Below are positions 23,076 through 33,296 of a stretch of DNA of 64,000 nt, piece after piece. Origin of the DNA: Synechococcus sp. (GTDB taxonomy: Bacteria > Cyanobacteriota > Cyanobacteriia > PCC-6307 > Cyanobiaceae); NCBI GenBank assembly GCA_047285805.1, contig JBJBCN010000003.1, positions 768,001 through 832,000 of the forward strand, in the 5' to 3' direction. The translations under genes and the position numbers were made by a program. A model generated the notes under the pieces. The model did not search any database. It was not told the origin of the DNA and worked only from the letters and a program-made list of their open reading frames with translations. Positions within the stretch are counted from its first letter, which is position 1. Every line of letters starts with the position of its first letter.

Positions 23076-23712
23076 GCGCGGACGCTTTCTGGTGCTGGAG
23101 GGCATCGACGGTTGTGGGAAGACCACCCAGATCGAAGCGCTCAAGGCGTGGCTCCCCGCGAGTGGTCTGATGCCCGAGGGCTCGCAACTGCTGGTGACGC
23201 GAGAGCCGGGGGGAACGGCCCTGGGTCAGGCCTTGCGTCAGCTGCTGCTGCATCCTCCGGGGGAGTCAGCTCCAGAGTCCACAGCCGAGTTGCTGCTCTA
23301 CGCGGCCGATCGCGCCCAGCATGTACAGCAGCGCATTGCGCCGGCCCTGGCGGCGGGCCATTGGGTGCTGAGCGATCGCTTTGTGGGATCGACGGCGGCC
23401 TACCAGGGCTATGGCCGCGGCTTGTCCCTGGACTTGATTGATCAGCTCGCCGCGATTGCCACGGCTGGGGTGCAGCCGGATCTCACGGCCCTGTTGGAGA
23501 TCTCCTTGGCGGAGTCCTTCCGCCGAAGGGGCCACCGCCCGGCCGATCGCATCGAAGCCAGCGGCGAGGCCTTCTTGGCGCGGGTCTGCGCGGGCTTTAG
23601 TGCCCTGGCCCAGCAACACGGCTGGTGTCGCATCGAGGCCGGTCAATCGCCCGAAGCGGTCAGCCGGGCCCTGCAGGTGGCGATTCAGGAGGTCTGCCAC
23701 AGCGATGGCTGA
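23068..23712 (+). CDS. tmk: Thymidylate kinase
   Basis: EGIDGCGKTT, TREPGGT and DRFVGSTAAYQG motifs. Confidence 0.95.
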   Translation: MTKRGRFLVLEGIDGCGKTTQIEALKAWLPASGLMPEGSQLLVTREPGGTALGQALRQLLLHPPGESAPESTAELLLYAADRAQHVQQRIAPALAAGHWVLSDRFVGSTAAYQGYGRGLSLDLIDQLAAIATAGVQPDLTALLEISLAESFRRRGHRPADRIEASGEAFLARVCAGFSALAQQHGWCRIEAGQSPEAVSRALQVAIQEVCHSDG

Positions 23713-24685
23713 GCTGTTTGAGGATCTGCTGGGGCAATCCCAAGCGGTGGCCCTGCTTCGGGCCGGTTTGCAGCATCAGCGCTTGGCACCGGCCTATCTG
23801 TTCTGCGGTCCCGATGGTGTGGGTCGCCGTTTGGCGGCCTTGCGCTTCTTGGAGGGAGCCATTGCGGGGCTCGAAGGCTCTTCTTCGGTGAGACGTCGGC
23901 TGCAGGACGGCAACCATCCCGACCTGCTCTGGGTGGAGCCCACCTATTCCGATAAGGGGCAGTTGGTTCCTGCGTCACAGGCCGAAGCCGCTGGTGTGAG
24001 CCGCAAAGCGCCCCCGCAGCTGCGGCTGGAGCAGGTCCGGGCCGTCTCCCAGTTCTTGGCACGCCGGCCGCTGGAGTCTTCCCGTTGTCTGGTGGTGATG
24101 GAAACCGTGGAGGCCATGGCCGAAGGAGCGGCCAATGCCCTGCTGAAAACCCTGGAGGAACCTGGGGACGGGATGTTGATTCTGCTGACAGCCTCCCCGG
24201 ATCGCCTTCTCAGCACGATTCGCTCCCGCTGTCAGTCAATTCCCTTTGGGCGGCTGGATCCCAAGACGTTGGAGGCGGTTCTGCAGCGCCATGGCCATGG
24301 GGGACTCACCCAGGCTGGCGATCCGCCTGAGTTGCGCGAACTCGCGGCGGGTTCACCGGGGGCTCTGCTGGAGCAACGGGCGCAATGGCAAGCCCTGCCG
24401 GAGGGGTTGACCGATCGCTGCAGTGCGTTTTCGGCCACCAATGGTGCCCAGACCCCAATGGTGGCCATGTCCTTGGCCCGTGATCTCTGTGAGGTGCTGG
24501 ATGTGGAGCAGCAGCTGTGGCTCCTGGACTGGTGGCAGCTCCACCTCTGGCGCCAACGTCAGGAACCCGCTCCGCTGAAGCGTCTGGAGCAACTCAGGTC
24601 CCAACTGCGTAGTTACGTCCAGCCGCGCTTGGCCTGGGAGGTTGCACTGTTATCGCTGGCGGGGGCGGGATCGCGCAGTACCTAG
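23705..24685 (+). CDS. holB: DNA polymerase III delta-prime subunit
   Basis: [28 protein letters not shown] and [12 protein letters not shown] 23705 overlaps the tmk stop. Confidence 0.93.
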   Translation: MAELFEDLLGQSQAVALLRAGLQHQRLAPAYLFCGPDGVGRRLAALRFLEGAIAGLEGSSSVRRRLQDGNHPDLLWVEPTYSDKGQLVPASQAEAAGVSRKAPPQLRLEQVRAVSQFLARRPLESSRCLVVMETVEAMAEGAANALLKTLEEPGDGMLILLTASPDRLLSTIRSRCQSIPFGRLDPKTLEAVLQRHGHGGLTQAGDPPELRELAAGSPGALLEQRAQWQALPEGLTDRCSAFSATNGAQTPMVAMSLARDLCEVLDVEQQLWLLDWWQLHLWRQRQEPAPLKRLEQLRSQLRSYVQPRLAWEVALLSLAGAGSRST

Positions 24686-25452
24686 GCGGCGGTGCGGCGG
24701 TTGTCTCGGGCCTGTTGCACCAGTTGGGCGAGCTCTTCCTGGTTGTCTCCACTGGGGAGTTCCAGGCAGTAGCCGGCACCGTACACGGTCTTGATGAAGC
24801 GGGGCTTGCGGGGATCGGGCTCGAGCTTGGTGCGCAGGTGCCGCACGTGTACGCGGATGGTTTCGATGTCGTCGTCCGGCTCGTAGCCCCAGACCTCCTT
24901 CAGTATTAGTGAGGGGGCAACGGTTTGGCCGTGGCGCTGCAGGAGGCAGTGGAGCAGCTCGAACTCCAGGTGGGTCAGCCGGACGGGTTCGTCGAACCAG
25001 ATCGCTTCAAAGCGCTCTGGGACCAGGGTCAGGCAGCCGTAGCTAAGGATCTCGTTGTGCTTTGTCGAGAGCGGAGCTCGATCGGAGCGGCGTAGGAGCG
25101 CCTTGATGCGCACCAGGAGCTCTTCCAGATCGAACGGCTTCGCGAGGTAGTCGTCTGCTCCGGAATTGAAGCCGCTGACCTTGTCCTTCGTGCTGCCCAG
25201 GGCCGTCAGCATCAGCACGGGTATGCGCGAAGTGCGCTCATCACGCCTCAGCCGCTGGCAGAGGGTGAGGCCATCCACCTTGGGGAGCATGAGGTCAAGC
25301 AGGACCAGGTCGGGGGTGTATTGGAGCGCCAGCGCCTGACCTTTAATGCCGTCTTCAGCACGCTGCACGTCGAAGCCGCTGTGCTCAAGGTGGCCGGCCA
25401 CAAGCTCGCGCATGTCGCCGTCGTCTTCGATCAGCAGGATGCAGGGCTTCAT
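24682..25452 (-). CDS. rpaA: OmpR-family response regulator RpaA
   Basis: [51 protein letters not shown] and [18 protein letters not shown] 25452; the track's upstream extension is probably spurious. Confidence 0.93.
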   Translation of the reverse strand: MKPCILLIEDDGDMRELVAGHLEHSGFDVQRAEDGIKGQALALQYTPDLVLLDLMLPKVDGLTLCQRLRRDERTSRIPVLMLTALGSTKDKVSGFNSGADDYLAKPFDLEELLVRIKALLRRSDRAPLSTKHNEILSYGCLTLVPERFEAIWFDEPVRLTHLEFELLHCLLQRHGQTVAPSLILKEVWGYEPDDDIETIRVHVRHLRTKLEPDPRKPRFIKTVYGAGYCLELPSGDNQEELAQLVQQARDNRRTAA

Positions 25453-25720
25453 GACTGGCTCCTCGGTTGACGGGTGCGCGGTTTCAGTGAAGGACCGAAG
25501 TTCACCGCAAGTATTCTCCGCGGCTTTTTGTGCTTCTGCACAACAAGGCTTCCGCTTGGTGTGGCGCTGAAGTTTTGCCGAACCTAGGGCTTGCAAGGGG
25601 TTTCCCTGGATCAAACCCGCCGCCAAGGCTTTGAATCTTCAGGTTTTCTTTCGTCTTTTGGGTTGCGGATCTCGACCGTTTGTTGTGATGCGTGATCTGC
25701 CTTCTCTAGGGCTCCAAGCA

Positions 25721-25748
25721 AAAAGCCCAGCCTCAAGGCTGGGCTTTT
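25721..25748. terminator. Intrinsic terminator after tRNA-Asn (potentially bidirectional)
   Basis: Perfect 12-bp inverted repeat AAAAGCCCAGCC-tcaa-GGCTGGGCTTTT, 7 nt past the tRNA 3' end. Confidence 0.85.
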
Positions 25749-25755
25749 CCAGAAA

Positions 25756-25827
25756 CTCCCCGGGCGGGATTCGAACCTGCGACCAATCGATTAACAGTCG
25801 ACCGCTCTACCGCTGAGCTACCGAGGA
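25756..25827 (-). tRNA. tRNA-Asn(GTT), CCA not encoded
   Basis: Minus strand TCCTCGGTAGCTCAGCGGTAGAGCGGTCGACT-GTT-AATCGATTGGTCGCAGGTTCGAATCCCGCCCGGGGAG; 72-nt cloverleaf with TTCGAA T-loop. Confidence 0.97.
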
Positions 25828-25860
25828 ATGATCCCTCTCGGGACCCGAAGAACATACCTT

Positions 25861-26556
25861 TCAGACCTTCCTCGTCGCAAGAGGCTTGAGCTGGTTCTGC
25901 AGCTTCGCGCCGGACTGCCAGGGGCCGATGCTGCCGCGCTCCATCAGGGCGGCTCCGTCGCACCAGCTCAGTTCCTCCAGCCGATGGGTAATCCAGAGGG
26001 CGGTGATAGGCGCGTCCTGCCGGTGGCAGAGCTGGTTGATCAGACTGATGACCTCCTGCTGGCTGGTTTCATCCAGGAGCGCGGTGGGTTCATCCATCAG
26101 GAGGAGCTGAGCTTCGCTCGCTAGAGCTCCAGCGATGGCGAGCCGTTGCTTTTGACCACCGCTGAGACTGTGGATGGGCCGTTGGCGATAGCCCCCCAGC
26201 CCCACCTGCTCGAGGACCTTATGGACCCGTTCCAATCGCTCGCTCGCCGTGAGGGTGCTGGGAAGCGAGAGCTCAATATCGCTACCACAGCTGGGCAACA
26301 GGAGTTGGTGGTCAGGGTTCTGGAAAACCAGTGCCGGTTTCAGCGGCCGCTGCAGCTGCCCTTGGCTGGGCTCCAGGAGGCCAGCGATCAGGCGCAGCAA
26401 GGTGCTCTTTCCGCAGCCATTCCCGCCCACCAGCATCCAGAGCCCCGGGCGGGGAATCGAAAAGTTGCAGTGGTTGAGGGCGTGGTGACCGGTGGGCCAG
26501 GTGAATCCCAGTCGTTCTGCCACCAGAGAGGGCTGCCCTCCGGCCGCCTCAGTCAT
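25861..26556 (-). CDS. ABC transporter ATP-binding protein (EcfA/CbiO-like)
   Basis: GGNGCGKST Walker [28 protein letters not shown] and ITH motifs. Confidence 0.88.
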   Translation of the reverse strand: MTEAAGGQPSLVAERLGFTWPTGHHALNHCNFSIPRPGLWMLVGGNGCGKSTLLRLIAGLLEPSQGQLQRPLKPALVFQNPDHQLLLPSCGSDIELSLPSTLTASERLERVHKVLEQVGLGGYRQRPIHSLSGGQKQRLAIAGALASEAQLLLMDEPTALLDETSQQEVISLINQLCHRQDAPITALWITHRLEELSWCDGAALMERGSIGPWQSGAKLQNQLKPLATRKV

Positions 26557-26812
26557 CGAAGCTGAAGCCGGGGCGCTTGCTACCGCCGCCGAGGCTCGAT
26601 TTTTCGTAGGTCAGAACCGCGACGATTTCAGAGGTCAGCAGGCTGACCCGCTTGCTTTCCTCTTTCTCGCAGCGCAGCTCGAGCAGGTGGGGCTGACCGG
26701 ACTCCATCGCCTGCTTGATTTGGTTGTAGAGCTCTTGTGCAGCGCTTTGCTCCTTGCGCTGGACCGCAACGGGCATCGGGCTCAGCTTCAACGAGAGCTC
26801 AATTACAAACAC
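26549..26812 (-). CDS. Conserved hypothetical cyanobacterial protein
   Basis: 87 aa ([18 protein letters not shown]...LELRCEK...RPGF); overlaps the ATPase start by 8 bp. Confidence 0.75.
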   Translation of the reverse strand: MFVIELSLKLSPMPVAVQRKEQSAAQELYNQIKQAMESGQPHLLELRCEKEESKRVSLLTSEIVAVLTYEKSSLGGGSKRPGFSFDD

Positions 26813-26948
26813 AGGAGAATGGTTTCAGCCAGCCACCACTTTGGCGAACCGCAGCACCGGTTGCTGTGGGTCTGAGTACAAGTACTCATTGCTCGACCAA
26901 CCTTGCCGGAGATTGTGCGCGAGCTCGCCGGACGCGTCCGGTTCCCCG

Positions 26949-26954
26949 TACAGT
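26949..26954 (+). promoter_or_regulatory. Putative -10 element of psbD
   Basis: TACAGT 30 nt upstream of the psbD ATG, followed by TTGTAAAG, a reverse HLR1-like half-site. Confidence 0.4.
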
Positions 26955-26984
26955 GACCTTGTAAAGCTTCATGAAGCCGCTCTC

Positions 26985-28040
26985 ATGACGATCGCTGTAG
27001 GGCGCGCGCCGCAGCGGGGATGGTTCGACATCCTCGATGACTGGCTCAAGCGCGACCGCTTCGTTTTTGTCGGGTGGTCGGGTCTGCTCCTGTTCCCCAC
27101 TGCCTATCTGGCACTGGGTGGCTGGCTGACCGGCACCACCTTTGTCACCTCCTGGTACACCCACGGCATTGCCAGCTCCTATTTGGAGGGCTGCAATTTC
27201 CTCACCGCTGCGGTGAGCAGCCCGGCTGATGCCATGGGCCACTCTCTCCTTCTTCTCTGGGGCCCAGAAGCCCAGGGCGACTTCGTTCGCTGGTGCCAGC
27301 TCGGCGGTCTCTGGACCTTCGTGGCCCTGCACGGCGCCTTCTCCCTGATCGGCTTCATGCTGCGTCAGTTCGAGATTGCCCGCCTGGTCGGCATCCGTCC
27401 TTACAACGCCATTGCCTTCTCCGGCCCGATTGCGGTGTTCGTCAGCGTTTTCCTGATGTACCCCCTCGGTCAGAGCAGCTGGTTCTTCGCACCGAGCTTC
27501 GGCGTAGCAGCGATCTTCCGCTTCCTGCTGTTCCTCCAGGGCTTCCACAACTGGACGCTGAACCCGTTCCACATGATGGGCGTGGCCGGCATCCTCGGCG
27601 GCGCACTGCTGTGTGCGATCCACGGCGCCACCGTGGAGAACACCCTGTTTGAGGACAGCGAACAGGCCAACACCTTTAAGGCGTTCGAGCCCACCCAGGA
27701 AGAAGAGACCTATTCGATGGTCACCGCCAACCGCTTCTGGAGCCAGATCTTCGGGATCGCGTTCTCCAACAAGCGCTGGCTGCACTTCTTCATGCTGTTC
27801 GTGCCCGTCATGGGCCTCTGGACCAGCTCCATCGGCATCATTGGCCTGGCCCTCAACCTGCGTGCCTACGACTTCGTGTCACAGGAAATCCGCGCTGCTG
27901 AGGACCCCGAGTTCGAGACCTTCTACACGAAGAACATTCTTCTGAATGAAGGCCTGCGCGCCTGGATGGCCCCCGCGGACCAACCGCACGAAAACTTCGT
28001 CTTCCCTGAAGAGGTTCTGCCTCGCGGCAACGCTCTTTGA
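26985..28040 (+). CDS. psbD: Photosystem II D2 protein, stand-alone copy (psbDII type)
   Basis: MTIAVG...[21 protein letters not shown]...[12 protein letters not shown], 351 aa; not followed by psbC. Confidence 0.98.
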   Translation: MTIAVGRAPQRGWFDILDDWLKRDRFVFVGWSGLLLFPTAYLALGGWLTGTTFVTSWYTHGIASSYLEGCNFLTAAVSSPADAMGHSLLLLWGPEAQGDFVRWCQLGGLWTFVALHGAFSLIGFMLRQFEIARLVGIRPYNAIAFSGPIAVFVSVFLMYPLGQSSWFFAPSFGVAAIFRFLLFLQGFHNWTLNPFHMMGVAGILGGALLCAIHGATVENTLFEDSEQANTFKAFEPTQEEETYSMVTANRFWSQIFGIAFSNKRWLHFFMLFVPVMGLWTSSIGIIGLALNLRAYDFVSQEIRAAEDPEFETFYTKNILLNEGLRAWMAPADQPHENFVFPEEVLPRGNAL

Positions 28041-28081
28041 TTCAGACATCTGGATTCAGATAACGCTTTACTTAACACATC

Positions 28082-28105
28082 AGCGCCCCTAGGGGGCGCT
28101 TTTTT
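28082..28105 (+). terminator. Intrinsic terminator of psbD
   Basis: AGCGCCCC-tag-GGGGCGCT followed by TTTTT. Confidence 0.85.
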
Positions 28106-29577
28106 ATGTCTCAGGATTGATGACCTCAGAGGAGAGTTGTTCATGGCTGAATCCGCTGGGGGCCCACCAGCGCAGGTCGGCTGAGCGGTAGGCCAGCACG
28201 TTGAACATGCCGCGGATTTGGTGATAAATGATGTGGCAATTGAAAGCCCAAATCCCTGGTTGGATGGCATTGAAGGCGATCTGGCAGCGACCGACTTTGG
28301 GTACCAACACGGTGTGCCGCATCGGGCCTGAAAGCGGTTGGCCGTCGATTTCAACGACTTGGAATTCGTGGCCATGGAGATGCATGGGATGCCCCATCGG
28401 GGTCGGATTGCTGAAGACCATCTCGACCCATTGCGCGTTTTCCACCTAGTAGGGGTCGCGGTAGGGATAGAAGCGATCGCTCAGCCCCCAGCGATAGGAA
28501 GGTGCGGGTCCCATCAGGGCAACGGGAATGCTGTTGTCGGTGGGCTTGTTTGGTAGGGGCCGCTGGGCCCTCAGTTGCTGGTCCTGGGTGAAATCGAGCT
28601 GACCTGTCGACTGCTCGGTTTGCAGTGTCAATAGGGGGAGGTCTGCTCGCGGGCGCTGCGCAGGACGACGCCACAGCGCAGGTTGCTTTGCTCCTCCCAG
28701 GCCAGTAGGGGAAAGACGTCCGGTGTGTTCGGTCGGCGGATCCGCAGGCTGAGCCGTTGGACGACTGCGAATTGGAAGACCGATCCCCTGATCGTTTCTA
28801 CGGGGTTGGCATCCGTGCGCAGAAGCTCGCCCTCCAGTTCGCTCAGGTCGAGGAAGAAATTCATGAAGGCGTGGCGGCGATCCAACGAATGGCCACGGTC
28901 TCCCCTAGCTTCACATCGATGATCTGCGGCGCATCGAGGGAGCGTTCATTCGCCAGGAGGGCGTCATAGACGACGTCGGTCAGTATCAACTGACCGGCCT
29001 CACGCTTCCAGCTGAACCTCTCCTTTGCTGGATCCCACCCCTGGGTGAGCTGGGGCCGTTCGGCCTGCAAATCAAACGCCTGCAGGCTGCGGGCCATGGC
29101 GTTGCCGCCGCCTTGTTGGCCGGCGACGACGTTCTTCAAGATCGTCTTCGCCAGCGTGCAGCTGAAATCCCGCAGCGTCACCGTGACGGTTTGATCGGCC
29201 CAGGCCTAGTGCTCCTCGCTGAGGATCAACAAGGGTTCAGCGACCAAGCTTTGAGTCTGCAGCCCGTAATGGGAGTGCATCCAGAAGGTGCCGTCCTGCT
29301 GAAGCTGGGATTGAATGCGTTGCGCGGCCCAGGGCTGCGGCGAGCAGTCCGAGACCAAGGATGGATCGACGACGCATCCCTGCAGTCCACCTGTCCGTTG
29401 ATTAGCTAGCCGAAGCTCCCTTGTCGTATTCGCCACGTCGCATTGGGTTCGGCCTCGATAGAATTTGAGGGTTCCGTTAGCAGTGGTGTGGCGGCGCAGA
29501 ACCCTTCGGGTGAAAGCGTTGCCGGATGCATCGCCGGCTAACACCAACCCCCACAGGAGGAGGTGCCCGTGTCCCAC
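28104..29577 (-). pseudogene. Multicopper oxidase pseudogene
   Basis: Five collinear fragments: GTFWMHSHYGLQ (29206..29577), DVVYDALLANER (28861..29181), NFFLDL...TDANPV (28628..28885), 28446..28631, and HPMHLHGHEFQV / WAFNCHIIYHQIRGM (28104..28445). Two in-frame TAG stops and at least two frameshifts. 5' boundary uncertain. Confidence 0.88.
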
Positions 29578-29744
29578 AGTTGTAAGAATCAGGGTCTGCT
29601 GATCGCGGAGAACGCCGGCTGATTTCGAAGCCTTATTCCTAGATCAAACGGTTCCGCGCCAGAGCGGACCCGGCGAGAGCCCCCGGTCCCTCTTGAGGAA
29701 TCGGGGGCATCGTTTTGACTGGGTCCTCTCCATGTGGCCAGTCC

Positions 29745-30980
29745 ATGACGAGCACAAGGCAATCACTGGATTGGCCGGATTTGTTCTTGATGCTGTTGGC
29801 GGCCGTCATTCAGTTTTTTCGCGCAGGATCCCTGGGCCTGGAGTGTTGGGTCCCCGGGCGTTCCCTGACCTTTTGCGTCGATCAGTACTGGGTCAATCAA
29901 ATGCTGAAGAACTATGCCGGTGGATTCACCAAGCGCGGCTTCAGCGGCGAGCTGCTGCGGCATCTCTTCCCGTCAGGGTTGGATCTGATTGGGCTCAACG
30001 TTTTCGCCTTGCTGCTCTTCATGGCTCTGGCGTTGTTGCTGTATGCCGTTGTGCGCATGCTGCTGGGGCGCTCCGGTTGGCCGCCCCTACTGATCAGCCT
30101 CTTGCTGTTGTTTGCGCCCTTTGGCAAGTCCCTGGCGGAGACAGCCTTGGATCCGCTGCAGCTCTGTCTGCTGCTGGTGGCTTCAGTGCTGTTGACCCCT
30201 GTTCAAAGCCGAGCGCGAGATGCGGTCGTATTGATCTCCTTTGTCCTCGCATCATTGATCTATGAGGGCTGCGCCCTGCTGCTCTTGCCAGTCGGCTTCT
30301 GGTTGATGCGAGCGACCTGCTGGCGCTGGCTCCCACTGGCCCTGGGAGCCGCGTTGCTGTTGGTGTTCCAGCAACCCGATGCTCCGAGCGTCGGTCAGGC
30401 GGCGCGGGAGGCCTTGGTGGCGATCAATCCCCTCACCGGTGAGCAACTGCGCTACAGGGATGGCGGTGGCTTGGCCGCATCAGTGAGTTTCAGCTTCAAC
30501 GTGAAGCAGGAGTTCAGCCGCTATCTCTCCAATGCGCCCCGAGAGACGTTGTCAAGGATGGCGCGTTCCTTAGGTGTTGTTCTTGTTTATGGCATCGCGC
30601 TGGTGACAGCCATGGCGGACCGCAGACCCGCCGAACGCAGCCTGGGCATCCGGGTCTGGTCCCTCTGGGTGCCCGTGGCCTTGCCCTTCGTCTTGATCAC
30701 CCACGACTGGCTGCGTTACGGCGTGATCCTGTTGTTCCTGGCGATGGTGGTGACGGCCGCCCAATGCCCACCCCGTCCGCTCGAGTCAGGTCCGATGACG
30801 CGGCCCGAGTGGCTCGCGAGCGCTCTGGTCGCCATGGCGGTTGCTGTGGGGCCCTCCACCGGTGATGTCCGGAAATTCCTGCCCCACAACTATTTCCACG
30901 CGTCCCTGCTGATGCTGCTGGTGGCGCTCGCGGTGCTGCTGATCGAGCACCGCCGGCTCAAGCCTCAGCAGACCGGCTGA
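29745..30980 (+). CDS. Hypothetical polytopic membrane protein
   Basis: About 411 aa with many hydrophobic segments, an early NYAGGFTKRGFSGE loop and a late THDWLRY motif; converges on the glycosylation genes. Confidence 0.72.
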   Translation: MTSTRQSLDWPDLFLMLLAAVIQFFRAGSLGLECWVPGRSLTFCVDQYWVNQMLKNYAGGFTKRGFSGELLRHLFPSGLDLIGLNVFALLLFMALALLLYAVVRMLLGRSGWPPLLISLLLLFAPFGKSLAETALDPLQLCLLLVASVLLTPVQSRARDAVVLISFVLASLIYEGCALLLLPVGFWLMRATCWRWLPLALGAALLLVFQQPDAPSVGQAAREALVAINPLTGEQLRYRDGGGLAASVSFSFNVKQEFSRYLSNAPRETLSRMARSLGVVLVYGIALVTAMADRRPAERSLGIRVWSLWVPVALPFVLITHDWLRYGVILLFLAMVVTAAQCPPRPLESGPMTRPEWLASALVAMAVAVGPSTGDVRKFLPHNYFHASLLMLLVALAVLLIEHRRLKPQQTG

Positions 30981-31902
30981 GGTCTGGTTGGCGCACCAGC
31001 GCCAGGACGCCGACCAGGCAGGGAATGGCAAGGGTGCAGAGCCGTAGCAGCAGCGTGACGGCCAGAGCTTGGGAGCGGTCGGCTCCGTAGAGCATCGCCA
31101 GGCCAATCGAGGTGGCTTCACTAGTGCCCAAGCCGGCGGGCAGAAGCGAGATCACACCGCCCAGGCCGGTCGCCGTTCGAATCACGGCGGTTTGATGCAG
31201 GTTCAGGTCCACTCCCAAGGCCTGGTAAAGCGCCACCAGCAGTCCTGCCTCGATCATCCAGCAGATGCAGGCCATCAGGGTGCCGACGATGAGGGGTTTG
31301 GGTTTCATCAACTGGCGCATCCGGCCCATGGCCAGCAGGGCTTCGCGCAGTAGGCGAATCAGACCGTTCCAGCGCTGATGGAGCGGCAGGCTCTCGAGCC
31401 AATGCTCCAGTCGGCGCAGGACCCTGGGATGGGTCAGTACCCAGCCGCCCAAACCGAGAACCGCAAGGCCGATCAGCATCGCGATCCAGACCTGTTCCCC
31501 AAGACCCCAGCTCAGCACCAGTAGTGCACTGGCTAGATCAGCCAGTCGTTCCGCCAGGGTGATGCCAACCCCGACGGTTAGCGGGAAGCCGTGGCGCCGT
31601 TGCAGCCAGAGGCCGCGGACCGCTTCGCCGCTGCGCCCTGGGGCGGCGATCAGGGCCAGGCCCGCCGCGTAAATCTTGGTGGCGGGTTTGAGGGGCAGGG
31701 GAAAGCCCAGTTGGCGCAGGTAATAGGACCAGCGCACAATCAGCACGAGGTGGCTCCCCAGGCAAATGGCCGGGGCCAGGATCCACCAGCGCCAGGACAG
31801 TTCCCCCAGGGTGGCGCTCACGTCCTGGATGCCAAAGGCGGTGGTGAGCCCGAGGTAGATCGCTAGGGCTGCGACAAGCCCAAAGAGCCAACGGCGCCGC
31901 AT
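30958..31902 (-). CDS. Lysylphosphatidylglycerol-synthase-TM/UPF0104 flippase-like membrane protein
   Basis: RW...L, PGRSGEAVR, ERLAD and PAGLGTSE motifs; TGATG overlap with the upstream GT gene. Confidence 0.85.
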   Translation of the reverse strand: MRRRWLFGLVAALAIYLGLTTAFGIQDVSATLGELSWRWWILAPAICLGSHLVLIVRWSYYLRQLGFPLPLKPATKIYAAGLALIAAPGRSGEAVRGLWLQRRHGFPLTVGVGITLAERLADLASALLVLSWGLGEQVWIAMLIGLAVLGLGGWVLTHPRVLRRLEHWLESLPLHQRWNGLIRLLREALLAMGRMRQLMKPKPLIVGTLMACICWMIEAGLLVALYQALGVDLNLHQTAVIRTATGLGGVISLLPAGLGTSEATSIGLAMLYGADRSQALAVTLLLRLCTLAIPCLVGVLALVRQPDLSRSAEA

Positions 31903-33296
31903 CAGGGAATGAACCTCAACTTGCGGGCGGCATAGATGCACATCTGTCCCAGGGTCAGACCCTCTTTGAAGTGGGCGATGTTCGAGCTGCCGTAGCTGCG
32001 CTCTTGGTACCGGACCGGGACCTCGACGATCTTCAGGTTCAGCTTGCTGGCGCCAAAGAGCAGGTCGAAGTCTCCGAATGGGTCGAAGTCCCCGAAGTAA
32101 CTGCGACCTGCCTTGAGGCGTTCGTAGTCTTCCTTCCAGATCACCTTGGTGCCGCAGAGGGTGTCCTTGAGCCGTTGGCGCAGCAACCAGGAGAAGGCGG
32201 CGGCAAAGAAGCGGTTCGCCGCGGTGTTCAGCGGCGGCATCGCTTCCCAGCTGCGGGGGTAGACGAGGCGGCAGCCGTTGACGAACTCACCGCGCCCATC
32301 GGCCATTGCCTGGGCGAAACGCGGCAGATCTTCTGGTCTGACTGTTAGATCGGCGTCGAGGATCATCAGCACATCCCCTTCCGCTTGATCGAAGCCGAGC
32401 CAGACCGCATCGGCCTTGCCCTTGCCCGTCTGCCGGAATTTCTTCAGGCGCATAGGGCCTGGGTAGGTCGCGCAGACCCGCTCGATCTCCTCCCAGGTGT
32501 TGTCGGAGGAATGCCCCTCGACAAAGATCACTTCGGTGAAACGGCCCAGTTCCGGCAGCCGTTCAATAGCCGGGGCGATGTTTCCGGCTTCGTTGCGCGC
32601 CGGGATGACCACGCTGACGCTTGGGTTCTGGCGCTTTTGACGGGCGGGTCTGGCCACCATCCAGTGGGTGAGCCCTAGGTTGTCGATCAGCGGCAGTTGG
32701 CTCAGCCAACGGTTGGCTAGGGGGGTGAGCAGCGGAATCTGGCGGGGGATCAGGCAGCGCTGTCCCTCCTTGAGCACCTCCCAGCTCGCGAGATCGAGCA
32801 GGTTGCGGACGTCGTTGGGGGTCAGCCAGCTCTCCGGGGGCTGTGGTTGGCGCTGGCCCAGGCGTTCGGCGGTCTTCAGCAGCGGTTGCCAGAGCCAATT
32901 GTGGAAACTCACCACCAGGCGGGTCCGGGGGTGGCAAAACGCCTCCAGCCGCTCCAGCACCCCCTGCACGTCCTGGAGCGTGTTCAGGGTGTTCGGCAGC
33001 AGGATCACATCGAACGGTTGGGTTTCGCCGATGGATGCCGGGGTCATGGTCTCGGCGTTGGTCGCCAGGATCCGCAGTTCGGGATGCCGCTCCCGGGCAA
33101 CAGCGGCCACCTCCGAGTCCAGCTCAATGCCAACCCCGTGGGCCGGTTGCAGGTGAGCCAGCAGGTCACCGGTGCCGCAGCCCACCTCCAGCACCCGCAG
33201 CCCCGGCGGAACCAGCAGCTGATGCAGCCGCTCGAGATCTGCGTAATAGGTGCGGTTGCGCTGGCGGAACTGCATCTGCTGGCTCGAGGTGGTCAT
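31902..33296 (-). CDS. Class I SAM methyltransferase-like / GT2 (polyprenol-phosphate glycosyltransferase) fusion
   Basis: N-terminal VLEVGCGTG; C-terminal VVIPARNEAGNI, ILDADL, DTLCGTK and EVPVRYQERSYGSS. Confidence 0.9.
   Translation of the reverse strand: MTTSSQQMQFRQRNRTYYADLERLHQLLVPPGLRVLEVGCGTGDLLAHLQPAHGVGIELDSEVAAVARERHPELRILATNAETMTPASIGETQPFDVILLPNTLNTLQDVQGVLERLEAFCHPRTRLVVSFHNWLWQPLLKTAERLGQRQPQPPESWLTPNDVRNLLDLASWEVLKEGQRCLIPRQIPLLTPLANRWLSQLPLIDNLGLTHWMVARPARQKRQNPSVSVVIPARNEAGNIAPAIERLPELGRFTEVIFVEGHSSDNTWEEIERVCATYPGPMRLKKFRQTGKGKADAVWLGFDQAEGDVLMILDADLTVRPEDLPRFAQAMADGRGEFVNGCRLVYPRSWEAMPPLNTAANRFFAAAFSWLLRQRLKDTLCGTKVIWKEDYERLKAGRSYFGDFDPFGDFDLLFGASKLNLKIVEVPVRYQERSYGSSNIAHFKEGLTLGQMCIYAARKLRFIP

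Noticed and set aside
25721..25860. tRNA-Asn as an integration site
   Set aside because: Flanked by core genes on both sides; I saw no integrase and no duplicated tRNA 3' end.
26875..26886. AGTAC-AA-GTACT as a LexA box
   Set aside because: The spacer is 2 nt rather than the 4 nt of the cyanobacterial LexA consensus; kept only as an unassigned palindrome.
28446..29208. Two in-frame TAG stops in the multicopper oxidase, suggesting amber read-through or recoding
   Set aside because: Frameshifts and a lost Cu ligand accompany them, and TAG ends many intact genes in this window. Ordinary pseudogenisation explains it.
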